A DNA stretch of 64,000 nucleotides from an uncultured virus (IMG/VR IMGVR_UViG_3300037515_000764) (IMGVR_UViG_3300037515_000764); one strand, 5' to 3'; counted from the first letter of the stretch, positions 17,620 through 26,872 are shown. Notes: a model not told the origin generated them from the sequence alone. Translations and numbers: made by a program.

Positions 17620-17841
17620 ATGAAAAAATATGCAGTAACTTTAGAACATCAAAAATATCCACATTATACTTTTGTTCTAATTGTATCTTGCCAAAAACGC
17701 TCGGATGTTGTGCCCGAAATAGATAGGTTTTTAGCAATGGAAGAACGTTCCATAAAAGATTTCAATCTAAACTATGAATTACTAAATGAAGATGAAAACG
17801 GTGTTATATTTTCTAAGTTTATTTATCAAGAGGTTAATTAA
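17620..17841 (+). CDS. Hypothetical protein
   Basis: 73 aa, AGGAG RBS. Confidence 0.7.
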   Translation: MKKYAVTLEHQKYPHYTFVLIVSCQKRSDVVPEIDRFLAMEERSIKDFNLNYELLNEDENGVIFSKFIYQEVN

Positions 17842-17842
17842 A

Positions 17843-18877
17843 ATGAATAACGCTCCTGTAACAATCGAAATTATCGAAACTGTTCGAAATCATCCAAATG
17901 CTGATAGATTAGACATCGCAACAGTTCGTCGTTTAAATTATAATTTTATTGTTCAACGTGATTTGTATTCTGTTGGCGATAAGGTTGTTTATATTCCAAT
18001 TGATTCTATCGTGCCTGATGAAATTTTAGCGAAAATAGGCTTAGATGGAAAACTAAAAAACAATCGGGTTAGAACGATTAAATTGCGTGGTTTAGTATCT
18101 CAGGGTTTAGTCGCTCATGTTAGTGATTTTGAAGAACTAAATTTAGATATGGAAGAAGGTTTGGAAGTCCAAGAACTTTTAGGAATCATAAAACACGAAG
18201 AACCACCAGAACTAATTAAAAATGGCGAACTACATCAATTACCGGCTTTTGTTGGTCGTTATGAACTAGCAAATGCTCAACAATACCCCGAAATAATTGA
18301 CGGTATTATTGACGGCGAAGTCTATGTTACTGAAAAATTAGAAGGCTCAAATTGGTGGGCTTCTTGGGATTCTGTTAATGAAAAATACATGGTTGGTCAA
18401 AGAAATTTTGAAATAATCATGGAAGAAGGAAAAACTCATACTTGGATTTCTGCTGCTGAAAAGATAAACGCTGAAAATAAATTGAAATACATAGCCAATT
18501 TATACAAAGCAAAAAGTGTTACTTTGCGTGGTGAAATCTTAGGTCCTAAAATTCAAGGAAACATCTATAAGTTAGATGAACATAAAATTTATATCTTTGA
18601 TATTGAGATTGACGGTGTTCCTTTGAATGCTGAAGACTTTTTTGAACTTTGTTCTGAATTACACATCGAAACTGTTCCAATTATCTACATTGGTTACGAT
18701 TTCAAAGAATTTATCGGTAACAAAACAGTTTTGGAATTTGCGGATGGGTTTTCAAAGATTAATAACGATGTTTTGCGCGAAGGTATAGTCATCAAACCGT
18801 TAATCGAACAATATTCTTATAAATTAGGTCGTTTAGCAGTTAAAGTTAAATCAACTGAGTATTTATCAAAGGAGTAA
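17843..18877 (+). CDS. RNA ligase (Rnl2 / DRB0094 family) with N-terminal OB-like domain
   Basis: HPNADRL, motif I TEKLEGSN, GEILGPKIQGN, FDI, REGIVIKP, VKVKS. Confidence 0.88.
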   Translation: MNNAPVTIEIIETVRNHPNADRLDIATVRRLNYNFIVQRDLYSVGDKVVYIPIDSIVPDEILAKIGLDGKLKNNRVRTIKLRGLVSQGLVAHVSDFEELNLDMEEGLEVQELLGIIKHEEPPELIKNGELHQLPAFVGRYELANAQQYPEIIDGIIDGEVYVTEKLEGSNWWASWDSVNEKYMVGQRNFEIIMEEGKTHTWISAAEKINAENKLKYIANLYKAKSVTLRGEILGPKIQGNIYKLDEHKIYIFDIEIDGVPLNAEDFFELCSELHIETVPIIYIGYDFKEFIGNKTVLEFADGFSKINNDVLREGIVIKPLIEQYSYKLGRLAVKVKSTEYLSKE

Positions 18878-18880
18878 TAG

Positions 18881-19249
18881 ATGTTTACTAAAGAAGAACG
18901 AGAAATAATTGAAAAATATGCTTTTGTATCTGATGCAAATTCTAGAGCAACTAAAACTTGGGAAAAGGACGGTCTATTCTACGAAATCGTTTTTAGGGAA
19001 GTTTTGGGTTTTGGTAATTATTATTGCGGATATGTAACAATACCACAAAGCACTTTTTTGCAAAGAGAAGAATTTGAAGATGTCGATGTTCATTGGGGCT
19101 TAACTTATATTAAATTATACGAAGATTGCATGAAATTTGGCTTTGATTGCGCTCACTTCGGCGATTCGGGATTGTCCTACACACGAGATTTGAATTGGTT
19201 AACTAAAGAGTGTGAACGAATGGGCGAACAGATAGCCGAACTAATTTAA
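18881..19249 (+). CDS. Conserved phage hypothetical protein
   Basis: YYCGYV, DVHWGLTY, FGFDCAH motifs common in phage proteins. Confidence 0.75.
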   Translation: MFTKEEREIIEKYAFVSDANSRATKTWEKDGLFYEIVFREVLGFGNYYCGYVTIPQSTFLQREEFEDVDVHWGLTYIKLYEDCMKFGFDCAHFGDSGLSYTRDLNWLTKECERMGEQIAELI

Positions 19250-19311
19250 AAATAAAAAAAGCTAACCGTTATCTCATTTCGCGGTTAGCTTTAAAGTCTC
19301 ATTTCGACCTT
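19250..19311 (-). ncRNA. Candidate ~60-nt sRNA with two CGAAAUGAGA loops
   Basis: Two hairpins sharing a 10-nt motif (TCTCATTTCG at 19272 and 19297 on plus), ending in a U-tract on the minus strand; promoter immediately upstream. Confidence 0.6.
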
Positions 19312-19317
19312 ATACTT

Positions 19318-19361
19318 ATTATACCAAATATTAATAACACATACAACACTAAAAAGGGTGT
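19318..19361 (-). promoter_or_regulatory. Leftward promoter with ACAC-N8-GTGT box
   Basis: Minus strand TTGTAT-17-TATAAT with TG. Box ACACTAAAAAGGGTGT at 19346-19361. Confidence 0.65.
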
Positions 19362-19364
19362 AAA

Positions 19365-20252
19365 ATGAATATCCAAACTGTTAATCTTTTAGCAGAAGAA
19401 ACAATTAAAGATATAATTATGCGTGGCTTAAGAAAATTAGCAGATAAACGTGGTTCAAAAGTTTCTGACCCTTCGCGTTTGTATCCTTCTTCTCTTCACT
19501 GCGTTGAACGTAAAGGTGTTTTGCAAAGTTTAACGAATACACGAGGCGGACGTTCTTCAAAAGCCGGTACTTTATATTTCATGGGTGAAATTGGTCAAAA
19601 GGTTCACGAAATTTTGCAAGATGCAATCAACGAAGACGAAAAAGCCGTTTTCTTCGAATTTCATACGCAAAACATCAAACATGCTAATATCGGCGGTTAT
19701 TTAGACGGATTAATTATTGTTGGTGGGTTGTTATACGTCTTAGAAATTAAGAGTTGCCAAAGTTTACCGCCCAAAGTTAAAAAGCCGCACGATAAGCAAA
19801 CTGATTTTTATTCGGCTTACTGCGGATTACCGGTTTTGACAATTTATCAGGTAAATAATGGTCAAACTAAGATGTATTTAGATGAAGATGAATTAGAAAT
19901 GTCATTTTTTATCAAAGAATACGACGAAGAAAACGCTTTTAATATCATGAAACAGATTTTCTTAACAAAGATTTTACAAGAAGCTCAAATTGTGCCGCCT
20001 ATTCCGCCTAAGTTTTCGGAAAATCAATGCAAAAACGTTTATCGTTGTAAATTATTTTATCATTGCCGTTCAGATAAGTTTTTAGTACCGCAAGTTGTAC
20101 CTGAAAGTTTAGAGGAACTGGCTGAAAAACGTGCTGAAAAATTTATTAATGACATGCCGCAACGTCGTAATGGTTCTTTGCGCCACTGTGTTAATGTTAA
20201 TAGGAATGCCGCAAAACTCCTAAAGAATAGAAATTGGGAAGAATTATTTTAA
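19365..20252 (+). CDS. Cas4-like / PD-(D/E)XK exonuclease
   Basis: PSSLHC, GQKVHE, GYLDG, LEIKS, QxxxY, and C-terminal C..C..C (Fe-S-type Cys layout). Confidence 0.8.
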   Translation: MNIQTVNLLAEETIKDIIMRGLRKLADKRGSKVSDPSRLYPSSLHCVERKGVLQSLTNTRGGRSSKAGTLYFMGEIGQKVHEILQDAINEDEKAVFFEFHTQNIKHANIGGYLDGLIIVGGLLYVLEIKSCQSLPPKVKKPHDKQTDFYSAYCGLPVLTIYQVNNGQTKMYLDEDELEMSFFIKEYDEENAFNIMKQIFLTKILQEAQIVPPIPPKFSENQCKNVYRCKLFYHCRSDKFLVPQVVPESLEELAEKRAEKFINDMPQRRNGSLRHCVNVNRNAAKLLKNRNWEELF

Positions 20253-20327
20253 TGCAACGTTAATGCTGAAAAGTACAAAACTATGATACAATATATGTAT
20301 ATCAAATTGAAAAGAGGAGAATAAAAA

Positions 20328-21506
20328 ATGGCTTCAAACGTTTATAACCTTTTAGCAGTAAAAACTTCATCGCGTCGTCAAATTCAAATTTTATTTTGGG
20401 AAAAAATGCCCGAATTTATCACTGATGGTTATACAGACCATTTTAGTAATGATAAATTTCAAGAATTTGAAGAAGGCGAGCTAATCGAATTCGGTCTTTT
20501 CCAAGCAGGTACGACGCGCCGAATTGACGTTGATAATCCGCCTCATGTTTATAATGGAAACATTGAACAATGGGAACGTGATAATCGTCACCTCTTTGAA
20601 GAGGTAAAATTTTCGACACAAGGTTTAATTTTCGATGACATTATTGAACAAGAAGAATCTCTTGAAATTAACGGCGTTATCTTAGAACCATATCTCGTTT
20701 CCGTTATTAAGCAATTAGAGCGAACACGCGATTACTTTGTAGATATTCAAGGCGATATTGAAGCCTTAAACGACTACGAACCTTTTAACCCATTTTTAAT
20801 CGGCGAACAAGGCGTTGGAAAGTCTAAAATCTTATACGCTATCGCTGATTATCTCGGTTATGACATTGTAGAAATTGATTGTTCTGGTATTAAATACTCT
20901 TGGCAGTTTTTATATACAATGGGATTTGACGAAAACAATAATCTTGTTAAAGAACCAACCGATTTTATTAAAAAGCTGGAAAACCCAAACACACTTTTTA
21001 TCTTTGAAGAACTACGGCGGGTTGATAGCACTTTCGCGCTAAATTCGCTCTTATCTATTTTAGATTGGCGACGTTCAATTACAATTAAAGAGTTCGGCGA
21101 AACTCTAACAATGCACCCGTCTTCTTTAATTATCGCTTCTGGTAATGAAAATATTGAAGGCGATTCAAACTTTTCTGGCAATGTCTTTTTAGACGATGCT
21201 GTTAGTTCGCGTTTTACGCCAATTGTAATTAAAAATCTTTCACCTGAATACCAAGTAGAATTACTAACTCGAACTTTTGGCGAAGAGCAATTAATTACAA
21301 AGATTGTTGAAATTTCCGAACAAGCACGTAAAGAAAAATTGCTACCTATTAAACCTAACGTTCGCCAACTTAAGCGCGTTTGTTTTGCTCATTTTATCGG
21401 AAAACGGTCTTTGCGAAACGCATTTCTTTTAGAATTTTTCGGAACAACGCATATTAATCATCGAAATTCACGTTTCAACCAAATTCTAAATGCTCATTTA
21501 AGTTAG
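20328..21506 (+). CDS. MoxR/CobS-like AAA+ ATPase
   Basis: Walker A GEQGVGKS, Walker B FIFEE, IASGN, LDDAVSSRF. Confidence 0.85.
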   Translation: MASNVYNLLAVKTSSRRQIQILFWEKMPEFITDGYTDHFSNDKFQEFEEGELIEFGLFQAGTTRRIDVDNPPHVYNGNIEQWERDNRHLFEEVKFSTQGLIFDDIIEQEESLEINGVILEPYLVSVIKQLERTRDYFVDIQGDIEALNDYEPFNPFLIGEQGVGKSKILYAIADYLGYDIVEIDCSGIKYSWQFLYTMGFDENNNLVKEPTDFIKKLENPNTLFIFEELRRVDSTFALNSLLSILDWRRSITIKEFGETLTMHPSSLIIASGNENIEGDSNFSGNVFLDDAVSSRFTPIVIKNLSPEYQVELLTRTFGEEQLITKIVEISEQARKEKLLPIKPNVRQLKRVCFAHFIGKRSLRNAFLLEFFGTTHINHRNSRFNQILNAHLS

Positions 21507-21514
21507 GAGCAAAT

Positions 21515-23338
21515 ATGAACTTTTATGATTTAATCGAAATTTGTGATGTTTCAAAGGATGTAGTAGAGAAGGATTTCGGAGAGTTTTCCGAAGTTCTTCA
21601 GTTACTACCGACATTTAGCAGTTTCTCTAAGAATATTCTAGGAGATGTTGAAATTTCTTTTGTTAACGACAAATTTAATTCATCTTCTTCTAGCATATCT
21701 AAGAAATCTAACGGTGAAATAAAGCGAAAAAGAATTTTTATTAGTTCGGCTTATTTTTCGAATGAGCACTTTTCGCAGTTTTGGAAAAATTCAAAGGTTC
21801 CCGTATTCAAATACAAATATCTTTCAGCCGCTGCTATCTTTGGCTTAATTATTCGGGAAACAATGAGGCTAACATCTGGTTATAACTCTTTGGATAGTAC
21901 AAGACACCTAGATATTTCTAAGCGACTTTCAACGAAAACAATAAACTTTGATGCGATTCGTGAAATGGTTGAAGATTTGTATATTTTCGGTTTAGTTGCT
22001 GAAACTATGCCTGAAAACTACATTTATTTGGACATTCTAAATGCCTACCATGTCAACGAAGGACGCTACGAAGTAATTTATAATAGCGAAAATCCAAAAT
22101 ATAAAGTCGCTTTGATGTTCTATGCGACACTTTTAGAAGAACGTTCGATTTTGGACGACTCAACTGAGTCTTCTTATATTTATAAGTTACTTTTAGAAGC
22201 AAAAGAAAAAAATAGTACGTTTATGTTTCGTGATATTGTTGCATCTAAAATTGATGTTATTTTTACTGAAAAATATGGTAGACAATTTTTAGAACCATAT
22301 TCCCCGTTTGATTTTCGGTTAGAAAACGATTATGATGCAAATATTGAACATATCGACGTTGACGAAATAAATAGAATACTAGAAGAATTTGTAGAGGAAG
22401 TCGAAGAAGAGCAGACAGAAGAAATTGATTTTTTCGAAGAGGAATTCGAAGTTCCCAATGCAGAAAATTTCACGAAAAGCGTTTTATCTGATATTAATTC
22501 TAATCGACGCGGTGATGATATTACAGTTAACTTTGTTGATTTCGAAAAGCATTTTCAATATATCGAACATCATCAGTTAACAACAAGTTCAGAGTGGCTT
22601 GAATTTGGACGAAATTTACGTTCTAAGATTTCTTTATTGAATTCAATGCGTAAAAATACTCTAATGGGTTATGAAATTGACGAAATGGCTTATAACTATA
22701 ATCGCTTTGTAGATTACGAATTTATGTTAGAAGATAATTTGAATCTTCAAAGTATGTTGCCGCAATTAATCTTTCTTTTGGATTTTAGTGGTTCAATGCG
22801 TGGTGATTCGATGTCTGAAGTTGCTGAAGCCGCTTATAACGCTTTTATTGGATTATCAACAACCGATATTCCTGCGTTATTTGTAGCACACACAACAAAG
22901 CGCGAAAACAGATGGGACAATTATGGAAATGTTATCTTATCTGTAATTGGTGGCACTCGACATTTTGGCAAAGATGTATTTAAAACTCGCTCTAATTTCG
23001 AACGGATTCCGTCTATTCAGAATTTAGATTTTAATGCAGATGGAATTGCAATTCAAGAAGTTTGTAAAATGTTTTTACCTACACAACACGCTAAAACTCT
23101 TGTTGTCCTATCAGATGGACGACCAAACTATACACCTGCTACTAATTACGAAGATAGCGAGTTGCATACACGCTTTGCAATTAGTGAACAGCGTCAAAAC
23201 GGAATTTCGGTAAAAGCTATGAGTTTGCGACCAGAAGTTGTTCAAACTAATAATAAACTTTACGGTAAAAGTAACAATATTTTAGCTTACAACGGGATGT
23301 TAAATCGTAGTTTACAAGAAGTTATCAATGAGTTTTAG
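21515..23338 (+). CDS. vWA-domain protein (CobT/NorD-like partner of the AAA+ ATPase)
   Basis: MIDAS LLDFSGSM, VVLSDGRP, acidic linker. Confidence 0.85.
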   Translation: MNFYDLIEICDVSKDVVEKDFGEFSEVLQLLPTFSSFSKNILGDVEISFVNDKFNSSSSSISKKSNGEIKRKRIFISSAYFSNEHFSQFWKNSKVPVFKYKYLSAAAIFGLIIRETMRLTSGYNSLDSTRHLDISKRLSTKTINFDAIREMVEDLYIFGLVAETMPENYIYLDILNAYHVNEGRYEVIYNSENPKYKVALMFYATLLEERSILDDSTESSYIYKLLLEAKEKNSTFMFRDIVASKIDVIFTEKYGRQFLEPYSPFDFRLENDYDANIEHIDVDEINRILEEFVEEVEEEQTEEIDFFEEEFEVPNAENFTKSVLSDINSNRRGDDITVNFVDFEKHFQYIEHHQLTTSSEWLEFGRNLRSKISLLNSMRKNTLMGYEIDEMAYNYNRFVDYEFMLEDNLNLQSMLPQLIFLLDFSGSMRGDSMSEVAEAAYNAFIGLSTTDIPALFVAHTTKRENRWDNYGNVILSVIGGTRHFGKDVFKTRSNFERIPSIQNLDFNADGIAIQEVCKMFLPTQHAKTLVVLSDGRPNYTPATNYEDSELHTRFAISEQRQNGISVKAMSLRPEVVQTNNKLYGKSNNILAYNGMLNRSLQEVINEF

Positions 23339-23957
23339 AATTTTAGATTTATTCAGCGGAGCGGGTATAGGCATGTACTATGCCCGTGTTTTTACAAAAG
23401 ATATTACGGGTGTCGATATTAAATATCAAAAAAGATACCCGTATTATTTCATAAAAGAAGACGCTTTAAAGTTTCTAAAAGAGTTTGGACATAAATATGA
23501 TTTCATTTGGGCTAGTCCGCCATGCCAAAAATATTCTAGAACTCAAAGCTTGCAGGGCAATACGCACCCAGATTACATTCCAATTTTGCGCGAAGTGCTT
23601 TTAGAATTGGGTAAACCTTTTGTTATCGAAAATGTTGTTGGCGCTCCGTTGTTGAATCCTACTAGCTTGTGCGGTTGTATGTTTAATTTACTTGTTTATA
23701 AAGAAAGACTTTTTGAAACAAGTTTTCCGGTTGACCAATTGAAGCACAAAGAGCATACAAAGAGGGTTGTGGATTTAGGTAGACCACCACGGCGTTATGT
23801 CCAAAACCAATGTACAGTTGGTAACTTTTCGGATGTCGAATATGGCAGAGAAGCTATGGGGTTGAAAAATACGAAGTTTACTCAGAAAGAACTTGCCGAA
23901 GGAATACCACCCATCTATGTTTATTATATATTAAAGGAGTTTTTGAAAAATGTTTAG
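23328..23957 (+). CDS. C5 cytosine DNA methyltransferase (short phage type)
   Basis: ILDLFSGAG, WASPPCQ, VIENV, RLFE. Confidence 0.85.
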   Translation: MSFRILDLFSGAGIGMYYARVFTKDITGVDIKYQKRYPYYFIKEDALKFLKEFGHKYDFIWASPPCQKYSRTQSLQGNTHPDYIPILREVLLELGKPFVIENVVGAPLLNPTSLCGCMFNLLVYKERLFETSFPVDQLKHKEHTKRVVDLGRPPRRYVQNQCTVGNFSDVEYGREAMGLKNTKFTQKELAEGIPPIYVYYILKEFLKNV

Positions 23958-24207
23958 TACAACACAAATAGAAGGCGTAATTGCGCGAACTTACCGTGAT
24001 GGTTCAAACAGGCCAAAAGATGCTAAAAAGGAAGAAAATTATAAATATGATTTGGTCGGTTATATGGAAAATGATGGTTCCGTTAGAATTGACTATGAAT
24101 ACTTTTCGAAAAAGCGTTTCGGTTGGAAGCGCGGCAAAGAGCAACTTTTAGCGCGTATTAGCCATACTAACTCTTCAGAAATTGCTAAAGAATTTTTTGG
24201 ATATTAA
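23950..24207 (+). CDS. Hypothetical protein
   Basis: 85 aa, AAGGAG RBS. Confidence 0.7.
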   Translation: MFSTTQIEGVIARTYRDGSNRPKDAKKEENYKYDLVGYMENDGSVRIDYEYFSKKRFGWKRGKEQLLARISHTNSSEIAKEFFGY

Positions 24208-24209
24208 TT

Positions 24210-24545
24210 ATGTTTTTATATCAAAACGAAAACGAATTCAAATGTACTCTTTGTGGGCAATCTAAGTATTTAGAAGATTTGTGTGATGGAGAAAATTCTG
24301 AATATATTTCGGAAAATTACGGTGATGTTTGCAAAGCCTGCTATGATTATCACTTCAAAGATTTTAGTTTGGAAGAGATGCAAGCCGTTAGTGAAAGCAA
24401 AGACATGCTAAGTTATATTTTTGGCGTTCTTCCGTTTAATGAAATTAATTTTGTAGATGAAGAAACAGGTGAACAGACAACTTTTACTAGATATGATGAA
24501 GAAGACGATGTTGATTTAGATGAAGATTTGTGGGGGAATTGGTAA
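24210..24545 (+). CDS. Hypothetical zinc-ribbon protein with acidic tail
   Basis: CTLC...CKAC. Confidence 0.7.
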   Translation: MFLYQNENEFKCTLCGQSKYLEDLCDGENSEYISENYGDVCKACYDYHFKDFSLEEMQAVSESKDMLSYIFGVLPFNEINFVDEETGEQTTFTRYDEEDDVDLDEDLWGNW

Positions 24546-24778
24546 TGGCAAAATATAAAAAGAAAGCAATGCTAAATATACATTCGGTCACTGTTGTCCA
24601 AAATGGCGTTTTTTGGCGAACTTTTACGGATATTGATTTAGATGATTTGATAGAACAAGAACCTTTATTTGAAATATACAAAGAAGCTTTTGATGAAGCC
24701 GTTAAAGAAAGTCATTCGTCGGTTAACAACATAGACTTCTATTACGATAAAAATACAAAGTTTCTAACCTTCCTCTAA
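24545..24778 (+). CDS. Hypothetical protein
   Basis: ATG 24545, coupled. Confidence 0.7.
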   Translation: MAKYKKKAMLNIHSVTVVQNGVFWRTFTDIDLDDLIEQEPLFEIYKEAFDEAVKESHSSVNNIDFYYDKNTKFLTFL

Positions 24779-24779
24779 T

Positions 24780-24866
24780 TTGACTTTTAAAGGAATAAGT
24801 GAGATAATATATATACAAACAAAAGAACAGCGTCGAACTTGGTACTCGTGTTAGTCTGTTCTTTTT
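24780..24866 (+). promoter_or_regulatory. Promoter followed by leader hairpin with T-tract
   Basis: TTGACT-17-GATAAT; AAAAGAACAG...CTGTTCTTTTT. Confidence 0.6.
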
Positions 24867-24887
24867 AGAATAAATAGGAGATTTCAA

Positions 24888-25331
24888 ATGAATTTAAATG
24901 AACGTATGGTAATTGATATTGCGAATTCTTTTAATATTTTATCTTTGTTAGATAGAGAAAAAGCAACACAACTTGTAAATTTTGTTCGCGAATCCGGCGT
25001 TAACGGTAATCGTCGAACTTTTCAGAAAATTTTCAATCCATTTGTTTGGCAGCGCCCCGAAGAATTTGAACATTCTTATTTAGAATTTCGTTCTAATGCA
25101 GAATTAGCCGATTTTGTTGAAAGTAACGAAGATTTTTTTGTTGAGTTTGTAAGTGAAGTAGACGAAATTACTAAAGAAACTGGTCATAGTGGCGCTACTT
25201 TTTCGATGCTAACTGGTTCAATCTACTTGCTAATGTGTATTTTAACAGATGAACAAATTTTTTCTGGGATTATGACACCAAAACAGGCACACAATTATTT
25301 GTTCAATAGTGATTGGGAAACGGCAAAATGA
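24888..25331 (+). CDS. Hypothetical protein
   Basis: 147 aa, AGGAG RBS, GHSGATF motif. Confidence 0.75.
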   Translation: MNLNERMVIDIANSFNILSLLDREKATQLVNFVRESGVNGNRRTFQKIFNPFVWQRPEEFEHSYLEFRSNAELADFVESNEDFFVEFVSEVDEITKETGHSGATFSMLTGSIYLLMCILTDEQIFSGIMTPKQAHNYLFNSDWETAK

Positions 25332-25504
25332 AAGTATTGTTTTCTTTAGCTTATATAATTTTCTTTTTATATTATGTCGTTGTCTCTTTAATCTTCCGTT
25401 TTACACATGTCGAATTTACCGAAACGCAACTTTTTTTACACTGGCTACCGCATGTTGCAATTTTATTTGCTTCTTCAATTATTATTACTCTTTGGAGTGA
25501 TTAG
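25328..25504 (+). CDS. Small membrane protein
   Basis: ATGA overlap, two hydrophobic helices. Confidence 0.65.
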   Translation: MKVLFSLAYIIFFLYYVVVSLIFRFTHVEFTETQLFLHWLPHVAILFASSIIITLWSD

Positions 25505-25505
25505 T

Positions 25506-25637
25506 ATGTGGTATCTATATGCACACGGTATCGGCGTTTATCCTTTCAAAAGTCGCATTAGTTTACATCAAAAAATTAGCGAGTTACGCGAAAAGAATAA
25601 ACATTTGACTTTTACTGTTATAAAGAGGAATAAATGA
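25506..25637 (+). CDS. Hypothetical protein
   Basis: GGAG RBS, ATG 25506. Confidence 0.55.
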   Translation: MWYLYAHGIGVYPFKSRISLHQKISELREKNKHLTFTVIKRNK

Positions 25638-26032
25638 TGAAAAAAGTACAACAAGTAGAGAAAATAGTTTGTGATAATTGTAGTCGCGATATTGATACTA
25701 AAAAACATTATTTACATAACGAATACGGTGATTTTTGTATAAAGTGCAAATTTTTTCAATGTTGGCAATGCAACAAAGATGTTATATGTTCAAGTGAAGA
25801 TTTCGATGGTTTCTGTGGTGAAGAATGTTCTAAAAAATATCAAATTGAAAAAAGCACATATATAGCGACTGTTGGTGGAATAGAAATAAACCAAACAGCG
25901 AATGGCAGTTTTTATTTTACTGGCTATGAAGATGAAATTTTTACAATAGCTCACGGATGGAATTATGAACTTGAGATCGGTTGTTTCGAAGAACTTCTAG
26001 TTAGATTAAATGAACTATTAGAGGATAGATAA
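25634..26032 (+). CDS. Zinc-ribbon protein
   Basis: Four Cys pairs in the N-terminal half. Confidence 0.7.
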   Translation: MMKKVQQVEKIVCDNCSRDIDTKKHYLHNEYGDFCIKCKFFQCWQCNKDVICSSEDFDGFCGEECSKKYQIEKSTYIATVGGIEINQTANGSFYFTGYEDEIFTIAHGWNYELEIGCFEELLVRLNELLEDR

Positions 26033-26227
26033 ATGTCTTTTATAACTTTTGCTAAAAATGATATTTTACGCGAACTTGGAAAAGATAGAGAAGATGAAGT
26101 TTATTATGATGAACTAATTGGTTCTCTAATAAAGTATTTTCGTAGTGAATATCCGACGATAAAAGATGTAATGTTAGATGGGTATTTCGAACTTTTAAGA
26201 GACTATGCGGTTTCGGAGGAAAAATGA
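26033..26227 (+). CDS. Hypothetical protein
   Basis: 64 aa, GAGGA RBS. Confidence 0.65.
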   Translation: MSFITFAKNDILRELGKDREDEVYYDELIGSLIKYFRSEYPTIKDVMLDGYFELLRDYAVSEEK

Positions 26228-26631
26228 CAAAGATTGAAGAGATGTTTCCCCAAATTGTTCTCATTTGCGATAAATGCGGAAAAAAGAGGGTTCTTACACA
26301 AGCTTTCAATTGGCTTTCTTCTGGTGACGAACATTTTTGTGATAATTGTTATGTTAAGACGTGCTTTGTTTGCGGCTTAAAAGATGATTTAAAAGTATCC
26401 AAAAATGTTTATGGCCGCTATGTTTGTCGTCCTTTGTTTAATGACTGTGCAAATAAATATTATCGTTCTTTAGGACGAGTTGTTTTTACATTCAAAGATT
26501 CAGAAATAATTTTACATGAAAATAGCGAATTAAGTATTGGTTATGATGGCGAACTTTACGATTTGTTAAGTGGCGAAGGAATAGACGAAAGACAGTTAAC
26601 GGTGTTTTTGAAGGAGCTATTAGAAGAGTAA
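26224..26631 (+). CDS. Zinc-ribbon protein (paralogue of 25634-26032)
   Basis: Same Cys spacing and similar C-terminus. Confidence 0.7.
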   Translation: MTKIEEMFPQIVLICDKCGKKRVLTQAFNWLSSGDEHFCDNCYVKTCFVCGLKDDLKVSKNVYGRYVCRPLFNDCANKYYRSLGRVVFTFKDSEIILHENSELSIGYDGELYDLLSGEGIDERQLTVFLKELLEE

Positions 26632-26726
26632 TGAAAAAAATACGATTGTTTGTTGACGAAAGTAGGTTTTATTTTTAACAATAGATTGGCATAAGGAACA
26701 CTACCCGTCTATATGTATTTTCATAT

Positions 26727-26755
26727 TTGACAAATATTTTAAGTTGTATTATAAT
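26727..26755 (+). promoter_or_regulatory. Consensus sigma70 promoter for the tRNA cluster
   Basis: TTGACA-17-TATAAT. Confidence 0.8.
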
Positions 26756-26761
26756 AAAAAT

Positions 26762-26840
26762 AGGCGTGTAACCCGAACAACCTTCTAAGTTGTTATCGGT
26801 AACGGAGTTGAAAATGTGGATTCGAATTCCACCGCGCCTG
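26762..26840 (+). tRNA. Non-canonical tRNA-like RNA, UCU (Arg) loop, no canonical D-arm
   Basis: Acceptor AGGCGTG/CGCGCCT, T-arm GTGGA-TTCGAAT-TCCAC, AACAAC-CTTCTAA-GTTGTT. Confidence 0.65.
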
Positions 26841-26872
26841 CAACTTTTTTATTTGAAAATGAAGGAAACTAA

